Below, one piece after another: positions 21,524 through 31,538 of a DNA stretch of 64,000 nucleotides (positions are counted from its first letter, which is position 1; the number at the start of each line of letters is the position of its first letter). Source of the DNA: an uncultured Clostridia bacterium (lineage in GTDB: Bacteria; Bacillota; Clostridia; TANB77; CAG-508); contig CALXUC010000001.1 in assembly GCA_944391575.1 (NCBI GenBank), positions 12,841 through 76,840 of the forward strand, given 5' to 3'. The translations under genes and the position numbers were made by a program. A model generated the notes under the pieces. The model saw nothing but the letters and a program-made list of their open reading frames with translations. It searched no databases and was not told where the DNA came from.

Positions 21524-22178
21524 TTCTTTCTAACTCCTTAATTATATTATTTATTTGATACAAACTATTTATTTGATAATAAAATTTATTATCTTTATAT
21601 TTCTTTTCTAAATTTATTTTAGATTTCCTTAATAAATGAACAGGTATGATGCTTGCATTAAAAGCACCTTGCACATCTTTTTCAAATTTATCTCCAACAT
21701 ATATTACATTTTCAGGTTTTAATCCCATTTTCTTTAAGCAAAGTCGGAAACATTCTTTACTAGGTTTCCATTTGTCTTTTGTAAAATATTCTCCCGCAAT
21801 TATAATAGGCTCAAAATACTTATTTAAATTTAATATATTAATTTTATTTTGTTGAGTTGCCTTACCACCATTAGTTATAATAGCAATTTTAAAATTATTA
21901 TTAAAGATTACTTCCGTATCTTTAAATAATTTTAATTTTATATCAGCATTTCTATAATAAGTAATCATTTGATCTTTTATATTTATACTTAAGTTAAATT
22001 TGTTTATAACCTTATCAAACAAATCTTTTTCACCATCATGAAAATATTCTTTAATCATATATCTATACACATCGTTATTTAAATTTAATTTATCACATAT
22101 ATATCGATACGATTTTAGAAAATAATGTTTTTCACTATATAATGTATTATCTAAATCAAATAATATCGCCTTTATCAT
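21516..22178 (-). CDS. HAD-superfamily hydrolase
   Basis: N-terminal ILFDLDNTLY (DxDxT motif I), motif IV GDKFEKD. Confidence 0.7.
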   Translation of the reverse strand: MIKAILFDLDNTLYSEKHYFLKSYRYICDKLNLNNDVYRYMIKEYFHDGEKDLFDKVINKFNLSINIKDQMITYYRNADIKLKLFKDTEVIFNNNFKIAIITNGGKATQQNKINILNLNKYFEPIIIAGEYFTKDKWKPSKECFRLCLKKMGLKPENVIYVGDKFEKDVQGAFNASIIPVHLLRKSKINLEKKYKDNKFYYQINSLYQINNIIKELERNE

Positions 22179-23184
22179 TATAAAAAACAGCCTCCCAGTA
22201 TCTTTTGATTTCTACATTCCAATTAGGCTCTATGCTATCTACTTTTTCATTTTTTATAGCTTTTAGCATTAACAGTGGAAAATTAACTCCCGCAGCATAA
22301 CTCATTATTTGGCTACCACAAAACCTAGGATTTAAATCTATTAACTTTATTTCATTATCCAAAACAATAAACTGTATATTTAAAAATCCCTCTAATTTAA
22401 ATTTTTCCACAATTTCTTGGGCTGCTTTTATAACATCTTTATTATATATAACTTTGCCATCAATTACAATACCTGTTGACACTCTTGTTCTAATTCTTGA
22501 TACTGTAGATATAATTTTGTTATTATATCTCATAATATCTACACTAAATTCTTCTCCATCTAATAATTCGCAAATCATAACTTCATTAAAATTTTGCCTA
22601 TATATTTGCTTAATATCATCAATATAATAAAAATTATTACTATTTAATAAATTATTAAGATATTTTTCTTTATTTTTAGTAACTCTACAAAATCCTTTTC
22701 CACCATGTCCATTTACAGGTTTCAGACAAAAATTTTCTTCTTGTTTAAATTTGTTATCTATATCAAACATGAAATCTTCAAAATTATTACAAACCTCATA
22801 TTTAGGAACATATTTTTCTAATCCCTTTTCTTTCATATCAACATATATATACTGTTTATTTAATAATCTTTTTAATTCATAATTTTTTACAACACAAATA
22901 TCTTTTCCTATTTCTTTAGCCATTGCAGAAACACTTTCTAACTCTTCTTGCAATGTTGGTATTATACAGTCAATATTATTTTTTAATATAATTTCTTTCA
23001 ATTGTTCTATATATGTATCCATTTCAAAATGCTTAACTACTTTGTATACTTCCTTGCACCATTTTTTACCTATTGATGTTTCTACTATATCTGTACCGTA
23101 TAATTCTACATCATCATCATCTTTTAAACATCTTATCACTCCAACTGCTGTTGGCCCTGAAACTGCAGTTACCAAAACCTTCAT
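22156..23184 (-). CDS. ATP-grasp domain protein (second paralogue)
   Basis: C-terminal LNPRFCGSQIMSYAAGVNFP resembles the 19665-20639 product; ATP-grasp architecture. Confidence 0.7.
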   Translation of the reverse strand: MKVLVTAVSGPTAVGVIRCLKDDDDVELYGTDIVETSIGKKWCKEVYKVVKHFEMDTYIEQLKEIILKNNIDCIIPTLQEELESVSAMAKEIGKDICVVKNYELKRLLNKQYIYVDMKEKGLEKYVPKYEVCNNFEDFMFDIDNKFKQEENFCLKPVNGHGGKGFCRVTKNKEKYLNNLLNSNNFYYIDDIKQIYRQNFNEVMICELLDGEEFSVDIMRYNNKIISTVSRIRTRVSTGIVIDGKVIYNKDVIKAAQEIVEKFKLEGFLNIQFIVLDNEIKLIDLNPRFCGSQIMSYAAGVNFPLLMLKAIKNEKVDSIEPNWNVEIKRYWEAVFYNDKGDII

Positions 23185-23192
23185 ACTTTCAC

Positions 23193-23822
23193 CTACTTAT
23201 ACATAATTGTTTTTTCTTTATTTTCTTTTAAATTACTTAAATAAATATTTTCCTTTTTTAAAATGGTCTTAACTGTCAAGAAAATAATTTTAATATCTAT
23301 TAAAAAAGTTATATTATTTACATATTCTATATCATACTCTATTCTTTTATCCCAAGGAAGGTTAGCTCTAACTTTAGCTTGAGCTAAACCAGTAATTCCC
23401 GGTCTTACTAAAAATCTCTTTTTTTGTTCTTCAGAATACTCTTCATACTTATGAGGATGATAAGTTACAGGTGGTCTAGGACCAATTAAACTCATATCCC
23501 CTTTTAATACATTTATTAATTGTGGCAATTCATCTAAACTAGTCTTTCTTAATATTTTACCTATTTTAGTAATTCTTGAATCGTTTTCTGAGCTTACCCT
23601 TAAGCCTTCTCCTATCTTTTCAGCATTTTCGACCATAGTTCTAAACTTTATAATTTTAAATACCTTTCCGTCTTTACCTAAACGTTCTTGTAAGAAAAAG
23701 ACTTTTCCTTTAGATGTTACTTTAATTAATATAGCTATTATTAATATAATAGGGCTTAAAATTATTAAAGCAAATAAACTTATAACTATATCCAAAAACC
23801 TTTTAAAGAAATGTCTATACAT
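23193..23822 (-). CDS. Small monotopic phosphoglycosyl transferase (PglC/WecP-like bacterial sugar transferase)
   Basis: 209 aa, one N-terminal TM helix, DELPQLINVLKGDMSLIGPRP motif. Confidence 0.8.
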   Translation of the reverse strand: MYRHFFKRFLDIVISLFALIILSPIILIIAILIKVTSKGKVFFLQERLGKDGKVFKIIKFRTMVENAEKIGEGLRVSSENDSRITKIGKILRKTSLDELPQLINVLKGDMSLIGPRPPVTYHPHKYEEYSEEQKKRFLVRPGITGLAQAKVRANLPWDKRIEYDIEYVNNITFLIDIKIIFLTVKTILKKENIYLSNLKENKEKTIMYK

Positions 23823-23887
23823 GATATATCCCCCAATACATAATCATTCATACAATTCTATGCTAAATCTTATACAATGTTTTTCTC

Positions 23888-25039
23888 CTAAAACAATCCC
23901 TTTATAATTCCAATTATTCTATCCATATCTTCTGGAGTATTTTTAGTATCACTAGGTAAACAAACACCTCTATTAAATAAATCCTCAGACACGCTCATTT
24001 CGCCTTTACTAGATTTACCATCTTTAGTAAAGAAATCACAGCCATCAAAAACTGGTTGTAAATGCATTGGTTTCCAAACTGGTCTAGTTTCTATATTTTC
24101 TTTTTCTAAAGCTTCCATTATTTGAAGTGGTGTTACTTTTGAATTTTCTTTTAAAAGCATTACACTTAGCCAATGATTAGGTTTTGTATTGTCTAAATAT
24201 GGTTGCATTTCTATGTCTTCGATATCTTTAAAAGCGTTTTTATATGTATTATATATATTTGTTTTTTGCTCAATTCTTTTATCTAGAACTTTTAATTGTC
24301 CTCTACCTATACCTGCTAAAATATTGCTCATTCTGTAATTATATCCAATTTCTTTATGCTCATAATGTCTTGCTTTTTCTCTACTTTGAGTTACCCAAAA
24401 TCTAACTTTATTTATCATATCAGTATCATCTGAAACAAGCATTCCACCGCCACTTGTAGTTATAATTTTATTTCCATTAAATGAATATATGCCATATTTT
24501 CCAAATGTTCCTGTTTCTTTTCCATTATATGTTGAACCTAAACTTTCAGCAGCATCTTCTACTAATGGGACATCATGCTTATTACATATTTCTAAAATTT
24601 CATCTAATTTAGCAGGCGTGCCATATAAATGTACTAAAACAACTGCTTTTGGATTAGGATATACTTCAAATGCTTTTTCTAAAGCTTTTGGATCCATGTT
24701 CCAAGTTTCTCTTTCTGCATCTATAAAAACTGGTGTTGCATTTTGATATGTTATTGGGTTTGCACTAGCTGAAAAAGTTAAACTAGAACAAAATACTATA
24801 TCGCCTTTTCCTACTCCTAATGCTTTTAATGCCATATGCATTGCAGCTGTTCCTGCAGATAAAGCAGCAGCATTTTTAGTATTTATCCCTACATATTCTG
24901 CAAGTTCTTCCTCAAACTTATTTACATTTTCTCCTAATGGAGCTATCCAATTAGTATCAAAAGCTTCTTTTACATAAGCTTGCTCGTATCCCTCATCAGA
25001 CATATGTGGTGAGGCTAAAAAAATTCTTTTCTTATCCAT
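23888..25039 (-). CDS. DegT/DnrJ/EryC1/StrS family sugar aminotransferase (PglE-like, UDP-4-keto-6-deoxy-HexNAc 4-aminotransferase)
   Basis: 383 aa; PLP-binding Lys region (IYSFNGNKIITTSGGG) and conserved DegT N-terminal motifs. Confidence 0.85.
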   Translation of the reverse strand: MDKKRIFLASPHMSDEGYEQAYVKEAFDTNWIAPLGENVNKFEEELAEYVGINTKNAAALSAGTAAMHMALKALGVGKGDIVFCSSLTFSASANPITYQNATPVFIDAERETWNMDPKALEKAFEVYPNPKAVVLVHLYGTPAKLDEILEICNKHDVPLVEDAAESLGSTYNGKETGTFGKYGIYSFNGNKIITTSGGGMLVSDDTDMINKVRFWVTQSREKARHYEHKEIGYNYRMSNILAGIGRGQLKVLDKRIEQKTNIYNTYKNAFKDIEDIEMQPYLDNTKPNHWLSVMLLKENSKVTPLQIMEALEKENIETRPVWKPMHLQPVFDGCDFFTKDGKSSKGEMSVSEDLFNRGVCLPSDTKNTPEDMDRIIGIIKGLF

Positions 25040-25084
25040 TTTTAAACATATCCTTTCTTAATTTACAACTAATTTTTAACTGTT

Positions 25085-27013
25085 TTATTGAGCAACTAAA
25101 TGTTCCTTCTTACTATTAGCCTTTTCAGGTTCTATAAAAGTAGGTACTACTTTATGCATTACTTCTTTTATTTCTTTATATGATGAATCTTCTTTATCTA
25201 CTAGTTTTTGTAAACTTTCTAACTTTTCATCAATCTCTCCTACTGTTATATCATTAGGTTCTTCAATAAATATCTTTTCAAATTTCGTTTTTTCTAATTC
25301 ATTTGAAGATATTAGCAATTCTTCATATAACTTTTCTCCAGGTCTTAAGCCTGTAATTTTTATAGGAATTTCTAATTCTGGTTCATAACCTGAAAGTTTT
25401 ATTAAAGTTTTTGCTAAATCATATATTTTAACAGGTTTTCCCATATCTAACACAAAGATTTCTCCGCCTTTTGCCAATGCCATAGCTTGAATAACTAGAG
25501 AAACAGCCTCTGGTATTGTCATAAAATATCTTATAATATCTTTATGTGTTAATGTAACAGGTCCGCCTTCTTTAATTTGCTTTTTAAATAATGGTATTAC
25601 TGAGCCATTACTTCCTAAAACATTTCCAAATCTAACGGCTGCATATTCAGTTTTACTTACCTTATCTTTAGCTTGTATCATAAGTTCACACATTCTCTTT
25701 GTTGCACCCATTATATTAGTTGGGTTAACTGCTTTATCAGTAGAAATTTGAATAAATCTTCTTACATTATATTCATCTGCAACATTTATTAAATTCCAAG
25801 TTCCAAATATATTATTTTTTATAGCCTCTAATGGACTCGCTTCCATTAAAGGAACGTGTTTATGTGCAGCAGCATTAAATATTAATGTAGGTTTATATTC
25901 TTTCATTATTTCTGCTAATCTTTTCTTATCTCTTATGCTTCCTATAATTGCTTTTATATTAGTATGTTCTTTTATAAGCTCCATTTGAATATCGTACAAA
26001 GTATTTTCATATATATCTAACATTACTAATAATTTAGGATTATATGTAATAATCTGTCTGCAAAGCTCTGAACCAATAGAACCACCAGCCCCCGTAACTA
26101 AAACAACTTCGCCTTTAATTAAAGGTTCTATCTTTGAATTATCTAATTTAATTGGGTCTCTACCTAGCAAATCTTCAATTTCTACATCTCTTAAATTTTC
26201 AGTTATATTCTTACCTTTTATAATATCTTCTACTCCAGGCAAAACTTTAACTTTCGCCTTAGTTTCTTGGCAAATATTTAAAATTTCTTTTTTATTTTTA
26301 GGATCTATATTAGAAATTGCAAAAAATATTTCTTCTACATTATATTCTCCACAAATCCTTACAATATCGTTTCTATCACCTAAAATTTTATTATTAGAAA
26401 TTGAATAAGATTTTTTAAACTTATTATCGTCGATTAATCCAATAACCTTATATTGGTCTGATAAAGTTCTTTCTATAGTAGAAATGACTTCTCTAGCTGC
26501 AGAACCTGCTCCTATTATTAATAAATTTTTTCTATTTTCCTTTGCTTTAGAGCTACTTCTAACTGATGCAGTTGTTAAAATCATTCTTATAATAACTCTA
26601 TACGCTATCATAAATATACTTATTAATAAAGCAGCTAAAAGATTAGTTCTTATGCCATGTAAAGGAATATACCCTGATAACAATGGCTGTAAAACTGAAA
26701 TGAAACACGCTGTCCAAAATGCTACAAGAGCATATTTTATATAATCTTTTGCTGTCTCAAAACGTGTAATGTTATTATATAGATTAATTAGCTTCATTAA
26801 CAATACATTAAAAAATACTGTTAAAATTATTGTGTATATAGTTCTAGTAAGTGCTTCTGAGCTTAAAAATAAAAAGCTTTGATTTTTAAAAAAATATGTA
26901 AAAAAATATGATACAATTATTATTATTATATCTATAAATAATAATATTAAATTTCTATATTTTTTTATATAATCATTCATTATTGATTCTACCCCTATTA
27001 AAATTTTTTCCAA
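25085..27013 (-). CDS. Polysaccharide biosynthesis protein CapD/PglF-like (UDP-GlcNAc 4,6-dehydratase), membrane-anchored
   Basis: 642 aa; N-terminal TM helices then two Rossmann regions (LIIGAGSAAREV; VLVTGAGGSIGSEL), typical CapD/PglF layout. Confidence 0.85.
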   Translation of the reverse strand: MEKILIGVESIMNDYIKKYRNLILLFIDIIIIIVSYFFTYFFKNQSFLFLSSEALTRTIYTIILTVFFNVLLMKLINLYNNITRFETAKDYIKYALVAFWTACFISVLQPLLSGYIPLHGIRTNLLAALLISIFMIAYRVIIRMILTTASVRSSSKAKENRKNLLIIGAGSAAREVISTIERTLSDQYKVIGLIDDNKFKKSYSISNNKILGDRNDIVRICGEYNVEEIFFAISNIDPKNKKEILNICQETKAKVKVLPGVEDIIKGKNITENLRDVEIEDLLGRDPIKLDNSKIEPLIKGEVVLVTGAGGSIGSELCRQIITYNPKLLVMLDIYENTLYDIQMELIKEHTNIKAIIGSIRDKKRLAEIMKEYKPTLIFNAAAHKHVPLMEASPLEAIKNNIFGTWNLINVADEYNVRRFIQISTDKAVNPTNIMGATKRMCELMIQAKDKVSKTEYAAVRFGNVLGSNGSVIPLFKKQIKEGGPVTLTHKDIIRYFMTIPEAVSLVIQAMALAKGGEIFVLDMGKPVKIYDLAKTLIKLSGYEPELEIPIKITGLRPGEKLYEELLISSNELEKTKFEKIFIEEPNDITVGEIDEKLESLQKLVDKEDSSYKEIKEVMHKVVPTFIEPEKANSKKEHLVAQ

Positions 27014-27203
27014 TAAATATTATACTATATATAGTTTCATTTTTCAAGATTTTTTGACAAAAAATGTAAATATGTAAAATTAATTATAGTTCAAAGGTCT
27101 TCGCAAATATTATGTTATATGCTTATTTCAAAAAATTATGTACAAATTTGCCTGAATGTGTTATAATGTAAAAAATCATTTAAAAACTTGGAGGAAAATC
27201 AGA

Positions 27204-28169
27204 ATGGATAAATTAAAATCAGAAAAAATTACGTATATAAAAATTCTAGTGACTTTTTTAGTAGTAATAGCGCATTCAACTAGAATGTATACAGGATATG
27301 GAGCAATAAATGGATATGAAGTAAATGAAGTTTTAAAATTTATAACGGAATTTATATATGGATTTCATATGCCATTATTTATAGCTTTAAGTGGCTTCGT
27401 TTTTGCTATGTGTATTGATATGAATAAATATAAAGATAACAAAAAATTTATAATTAATAAAATCAAAAGACTATTGGTACCGTATTTTCTTTTTGGATTT
27501 TTATATGTTGCTCCAGTAATGGTTATACTAAATATAACAAATGATTCTTATTTTATGTATTGCTTAAAAGGAATTATTTTAGGGCAAAACTCTAGACATT
27601 TATGGTTTCTAACTACTCTATTTTTAATATTTATGTTATCTATATTTTTAAGACCAAGGAATTTAAAAAGTTCTTTATTGACTATTGGAATCTGTGGCAT
27701 CTTACTTGTATTAAGTAAATTTGTGCACATTTCTATTATAAGTAATTTTTTTGGATATATAATATTTTTTTATATTGGCTATTTCTTATCAATGTTATAT
27801 AGAATGTATGACAATAAAAAAGCAAAAATGGCTATTACTATTTCTCTAACAATAGTTTACTGTATTTGCTTTATGTTTGACATACCTGAAACGATTTTAA
27901 AACTAATAGGTGTTTTCTTTGGCTTCTTTATTTTACTATGTTTACCTATTGTAAAAAATAAATTATTTAATATTTTCAAAGAATATAGTATGGGAATATA
28001 TTTATTTCATCCAATGATTATATATGTGTTATATTATTTATTAATAGATTTTAATTTTAACCCATATATACAAAGCATTACAATAGCAATTATAAGCATT
28101 ATTATTTCTATGATATTCACTTACATATTAAAGAAATTAAATTTGAATTTTGTTCTTGGAGAAAAATAA
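27204..28169 (+). CDS. Acyltransferase family 3 membrane protein (polysaccharide O-acyltransferase-like)
   Basis: Polytopic membrane protein with IAHSTRMY His motif. GGAGG RBS 8 nt upstream of the ATG at 27204, so the upstream extension in the ORF track is unlikely. Confidence 0.7.
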   Translation: MDKLKSEKITYIKILVTFLVVIAHSTRMYTGYGAINGYEVNEVLKFITEFIYGFHMPLFIALSGFVFAMCIDMNKYKDNKKFIINKIKRLLVPYFLFGFLYVAPVMVILNITNDSYFMYCLKGIILGQNSRHLWFLTTLFLIFMLSIFLRPRNLKSSLLTIGICGILLVLSKFVHISIISNFFGYIIFFYIGYFLSMLYRMYDNKKAKMAITISLTIVYCICFMFDIPETILKLIGVFFGFFILLCLPIVKNKLFNIFKEYSMGIYLFHPMIIYVLYYLLIDFNFNPYIQSITIAIISIIISMIFTYILKKLNLNFVLGEK

Positions 28170-28242
28170 AAGTAAATAAAAACTTGAAATATAAAGTATA
28201 ATTTATCATAACAAACTTATATCTAATATCTAAGTAAGTAGC

Positions 28243-28275
28243 AAAAATGCTAGAGTTGGTAGCTCTAGTATTTTT
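28243..28275 (+). terminator. Terminator hairpin after the acyltransferase gene
   Basis: aaaatgctagagttggtagctctagtattttt: stem ctagag/ctctag followed by a T-run. Confidence 0.5.
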
Positions 28276-28394
28276 GTTTATTAAATGCTTAATTTATTTT
28301 TACATATGCTAAAGTTATTATACATTAAATTTTTCACTTTGCCAACTCTTTCAAGATATACCTTATTATTTTATTACATACTTCTAGTATTTTA

Positions 28395-28548
28395 TCTTGG
28401 TGGGTGTCTTGGTGGGTGTGGGTATCTTGGTCGGTACTTGGTCGGTACTTAGTCGGTTCTTAGTCGGTTCTTGGTCGGTCTTTTATTTTATCGCTTACTT
28501 TATCGCTTGTTTTATCGCTCGCTTTATCGCTTATTTTTTTCTCCAACA
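28395..28548. repeat. Block of short tandem repeats (11-13 bp units) in a convergent intergenic region
   Basis: (tcttggtgggtg)x2, (tcttggtcggtac)x2, (ttagtcggttc)x2, then (tttatcgctNNN)x4-5. No credible ORF on either strand. Confidence 0.8.
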
Positions 28549-28589
28549 AATACTACATTGGTTTATATACAGAGAAGTACATGAGTGTT

Positions 28590-29849
28590 CTATTTTTCTG
28601 GCCATAAATTATCACCAACAGCTATAAAAGGTATTGCACCATATTTTCCATTAAGATATCCTTTTTGTATATTTTCTGTTTTTCTTACAGGGAAATCATC
28701 TAATGGATATAAATCTGTAGCCCCTTTCTTTTCATCTTTTTCCGTAAACCATATTTGGTCTCTTCTAAACAAATTTAAACTTAATAAATTAGTATCGTGT
28801 GTATTAAATATAATTTGTGCTCCATTTTTATTATATTTTTCACTATTAAATAGCTTTACTATATATTTAACTAAAAATGGATGTAAGCTTCGATCTAATT
28901 CGTCTACTATCAAGACTTTTCCATTTTTCAAAACATCTAATAAAACTGGATTTAATAAAAATATATTTTGCGTGCCTAAAGATTCTTCTGCAAAATCTAA
29001 TTGAATATTTCTGATTTTTCCATTCTCATCTTCTATATTATGACTTGTTCTTACATTTATATTTTTAACACCTGTTGGGAAAAGCTTTCTTATTTCTGAA
29101 GGTAAAGATAATAATTGTTTTTCAGTCATTTCTATATTAGATACTATATAATCATTTATATTAATTTCAGTTTCATTTAAAATGTTTAGAGAAAATTCTT
29201 TTAGTTCACCATCTTTGTCATCGTTATATTGGTTAAATGAATATCCTTTTAATGCTTCGTAATCAAATATTACATTTATGCTTTTTGTAATATAATCAAA
29301 AACTGGTTTTGTTTTTTCGTAATTCCATGTTGTGGCAGTAGCTAAAAAAAGTTTATTTTCTAAATTCCTTTTTGAAATATCTTTTAATAACTTTTCTGCA
29401 TTAGTAAAATGATATTGATTTACTTGAGTTCTTTCAAATATTTCTGTTTCTTTACCATTTGGATAATAGTATAAATATTCTTCATACACTTTACTAGAAT
29501 CCGCTACAAAGCCATATACATATTTTATATTGTTTATAAGCATTATAAATTCAAATGCACTTGGTTTATTTATATAATTTTCATCAAATTTAAAAGGAAC
29601 TACTGGTAATTTCGTACCCGGCTGCATATTATTCGAATTTTGCATTATCATTATAACTGTATTTATTGCTTTTATCAAGTTGCTCTTACCTGATGCATTA
29701 GCTCCATATATTACAGCGGATTTCAAATAGTTTTCATTTTTCCCTTGTATTAAATTTTCTGGTATTTCTTTATCGCAAGATGCTAGCATACTAAAAATTT
29801 TTTTCTCTTTTATAGACATAAAATTTTCAATACTAACTTGTACTAACAT
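28590..29849 (-). CDS. AAA_21/AAA_15-type ATPase (ABC-like, OLD/abortive-infection-type stand-alone ATPase)
   Basis: N-terminal IENFMSIKE...GANASGKSNLIKAI (Walker A), VLIVDELDRSLHP (Walker B/D-loop), QIIFNTHDT (H-loop); single transcription unit bounded by hairpins. Confidence 0.7.
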   Translation of the reverse strand: MLVQVSIENFMSIKEKKIFSMLASCDKEIPENLIQGKNENYLKSAVIYGANASGKSNLIKAINTVIMIMQNSNNMQPGTKLPVVPFKFDENYINKPSAFEFIMLINNIKYVYGFVADSSKVYEEYLYYYPNGKETEIFERTQVNQYHFTNAEKLLKDISKRNLENKLFLATATTWNYEKTKPVFDYITKSINVIFDYEALKGYSFNQYNDDKDGELKEFSLNILNETEININDYIVSNIEMTEKQLLSLPSEIRKLFPTGVKNINVRTSHNIEDENGKIRNIQLDFAEESLGTQNIFLLNPVLLDVLKNGKVLIVDELDRSLHPFLVKYIVKLFNSEKYNKNGAQIIFNTHDTNLLSLNLFRRDQIWFTEKDEKKGATDLYPLDDFPVRKTENIQKGYLNGKYGAIPFIAVGDNLWPEK

Positions 29850-29951
29850 ATATATCCTCCTATTATTAATTTACTATATTATACTATTATTATGTAGAAA
29901 TGTAAAGCTTTTTATGATTATTTTATGTTTTTTGCATTTTTTATTCATTTT

Positions 29952-29995
29952 TAGGACTTTAATCTTTAATTTTTAAGATTAAAAGTCTTTTTTTG
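29952..29995. terminator. Bidirectional terminator hairpin
   Basis: ggactttaatctttaatttttaagattaaaagtcttttttt. Confidence 0.5.
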
Positions 29996-30080
29996 TTTAA
30001 ATATAAAAAAGATTCTAAGTATACAAATCACTTGCTATAGAAAAATAACCCAGAACCAGTTAATGATTCTAGGCTAATTC

Positions 30081-30902
30081 TTAATGTTTTGAACTTTTTC
30101 TTTCTCCCAAAATTCCACTTAAAATTGATACAACAATACCTATTACAAAATACAAAATAGCTACATATAAATAAACATTCATATATTTTGATATAATATT
30201 ACTTAACATAGTAGAAAAGCTTTCCGTAAACATCAAAATATTATTTACATTTATATTCCAATTAATAAATATGTATCCAAAAAATATTATAAATGCGTTT
30301 GCGAATAGAACTTTTCCCAAAAATTTTATATTTCTATTTACAAGCGCCAATAATACTGCAAATACTACTATTGCCACTATTAAAATTATTATTACAATAT
30401 TTATATATTCGTTTATAACACTTACTATGTTTTTTAATACATCTTGTGAACCTTCTATTAATACTATTTCATTTACATACACATTGGACATTGCTTTTAT
30501 AAATCTATCTATAGATTCTTGAGCGTCATCTGTAAGTACACTTCCTCTGCTATCTAATACTCTTTCAATTTCACCATCTAATTTTTCTACTATACTTTCT
30601 GTTTCTATATTATAATCTGTATTATTATATATTGAATTTACTAAACCGTTAATATCATTCTTTATTTTTTCTTCATCAATTAACTCTTCAACAAATTCTT
30701 CTTCTAAACCAGATTGTAATATATTGCTTTTAAAACTTTCTCTTAAATTTTCTGCTACTTTATCATAGTAAGCTTCTTCTTCTATTTGTTTTAGAATATA
30801 ACTTTCATTTAAAATTGTACTTTTACTTATTAATAAAATTGTTGTTAATAATACTAATAGTATTAAAATGAAAGTAAATAACATGCTTATAAATTTTTTC
30901 AA
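30081..30902 (-). CDS. Hypothetical membrane protein (N-terminal TM helix plus C-terminal polytopic region)
   Basis: Hydrophobicity pattern only; last gene of the rSAM-VanZ-surface protein-sortase operon. Confidence 0.45.
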   Translation of the reverse strand: MKKFISMLFTFILILLVLLTTILLISKSTILNESYILKQIEEEAYYDKVAENLRESFKSNILQSGLEEEFVEELIDEEKIKNDINGLVNSIYNNTDYNIETESIVEKLDGEIERVLDSRGSVLTDDAQESIDRFIKAMSNVYVNEIVLIEGSQDVLKNIVSVINEYINIVIIILIVAIVVFAVLLALVNRNIKFLGKVLFANAFIIFFGYIFINWNINVNNILMFTESFSTMLSNIISKYMNVYLYVAILYFVIGIVVSILSGILGERKSSKH

Positions 30903-30916
30903 TATTTATTCCTCCA

Positions 30917-31534
30917 TTACTCTACTAAGTTTGCATATACTACGAAACGTTCTGTTGGATGTCCTATCGCATCTAGTGGATAACAAGTATATAACATTAA
31001 TATTTCTTTTTCTTTTTGAATTGGCACTTTATCTAATTCTGTTTCTTTTATTATTTGTGAGTCATATATTTCATAATTAAAAGTTCCGTAATTTGTTTCT
31101 ATTGTTATTATATCTCCATTTTTTGTTTCATATAAATCATAAATATATCCCCTATAATTATGACCTGCGCATAATATGCTTCCGCCTTCTCCTGGGAAAT
31201 AGCTACCACTTGAATGGCCTATCCCTTTACTTAATATACTTAATGTATCTCCAAAGTATAATGGTAAGTCTATATCTACGCTTTCTATTATTAATCTTCC
31301 ATATTGTGTACCATATTCAGGGTAATTTATAAGTTTCATATTATTTAGATCTAATTTAGTTTCTTCTACTACTTTTTGAGTTTTATCTATACTTATAGTG
31401 TTTACTAGTGCCATTGCCACACTAATCTGATTACCAAATATTACATATATTAGTAATACAATTACTACTGTATAAATTAAAGCAACTATTAAATTACTAA
31501 TAGTTGCTTTAAAACTCTTTTTCATTGCTTTCAT
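30917..31534 (-). CDS. Sortase (transpeptidase)
   Basis: N-terminal TM anchor, active-site Cys in LYTCYP (TLxTC-like) near the C-terminus, conserved His; directly downstream of a substrate gene. Confidence 0.75.
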   Translation of the reverse strand: MKAMKKSFKATISNLIVALIYTVVIVLLIYVIFGNQISVAMALVNTISIDKTQKVVEETKLDLNNMKLINYPEYGTQYGRLIIESVDIDLPLYFGDTLSILSKGIGHSSGSYFPGEGGSILCAGHNYRGYIYDLYETKNGDIITIETNYGTFNYEIYDSQIIKETELDKVPIQKEKEILMLYTCYPLDAIGHPTERFVVYANLVE

Positions 31535-31538
31535 ATAA

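Noticed and set aside
27156-27203. Upstream extension (MCYNVKNHLKTWRKIR) of the acyltransferase ORF
   Set aside because: A GGAGG Shine-Dalgarno sits 8 nt before the internal ATG at 27204 and the extension would lie inside the promoter region, so I annotated the shorter start.
28397-28627. 76 aa plus-strand ORF (MVGVLVGVGILVGTW...) across the tandem-repeat block
   Set aside because: Its repetitive amino-acid sequence is simply the translation of the 11-13 bp tandem repeats. It has no RBS and no start context. I treated it as non-coding repeat DNA.
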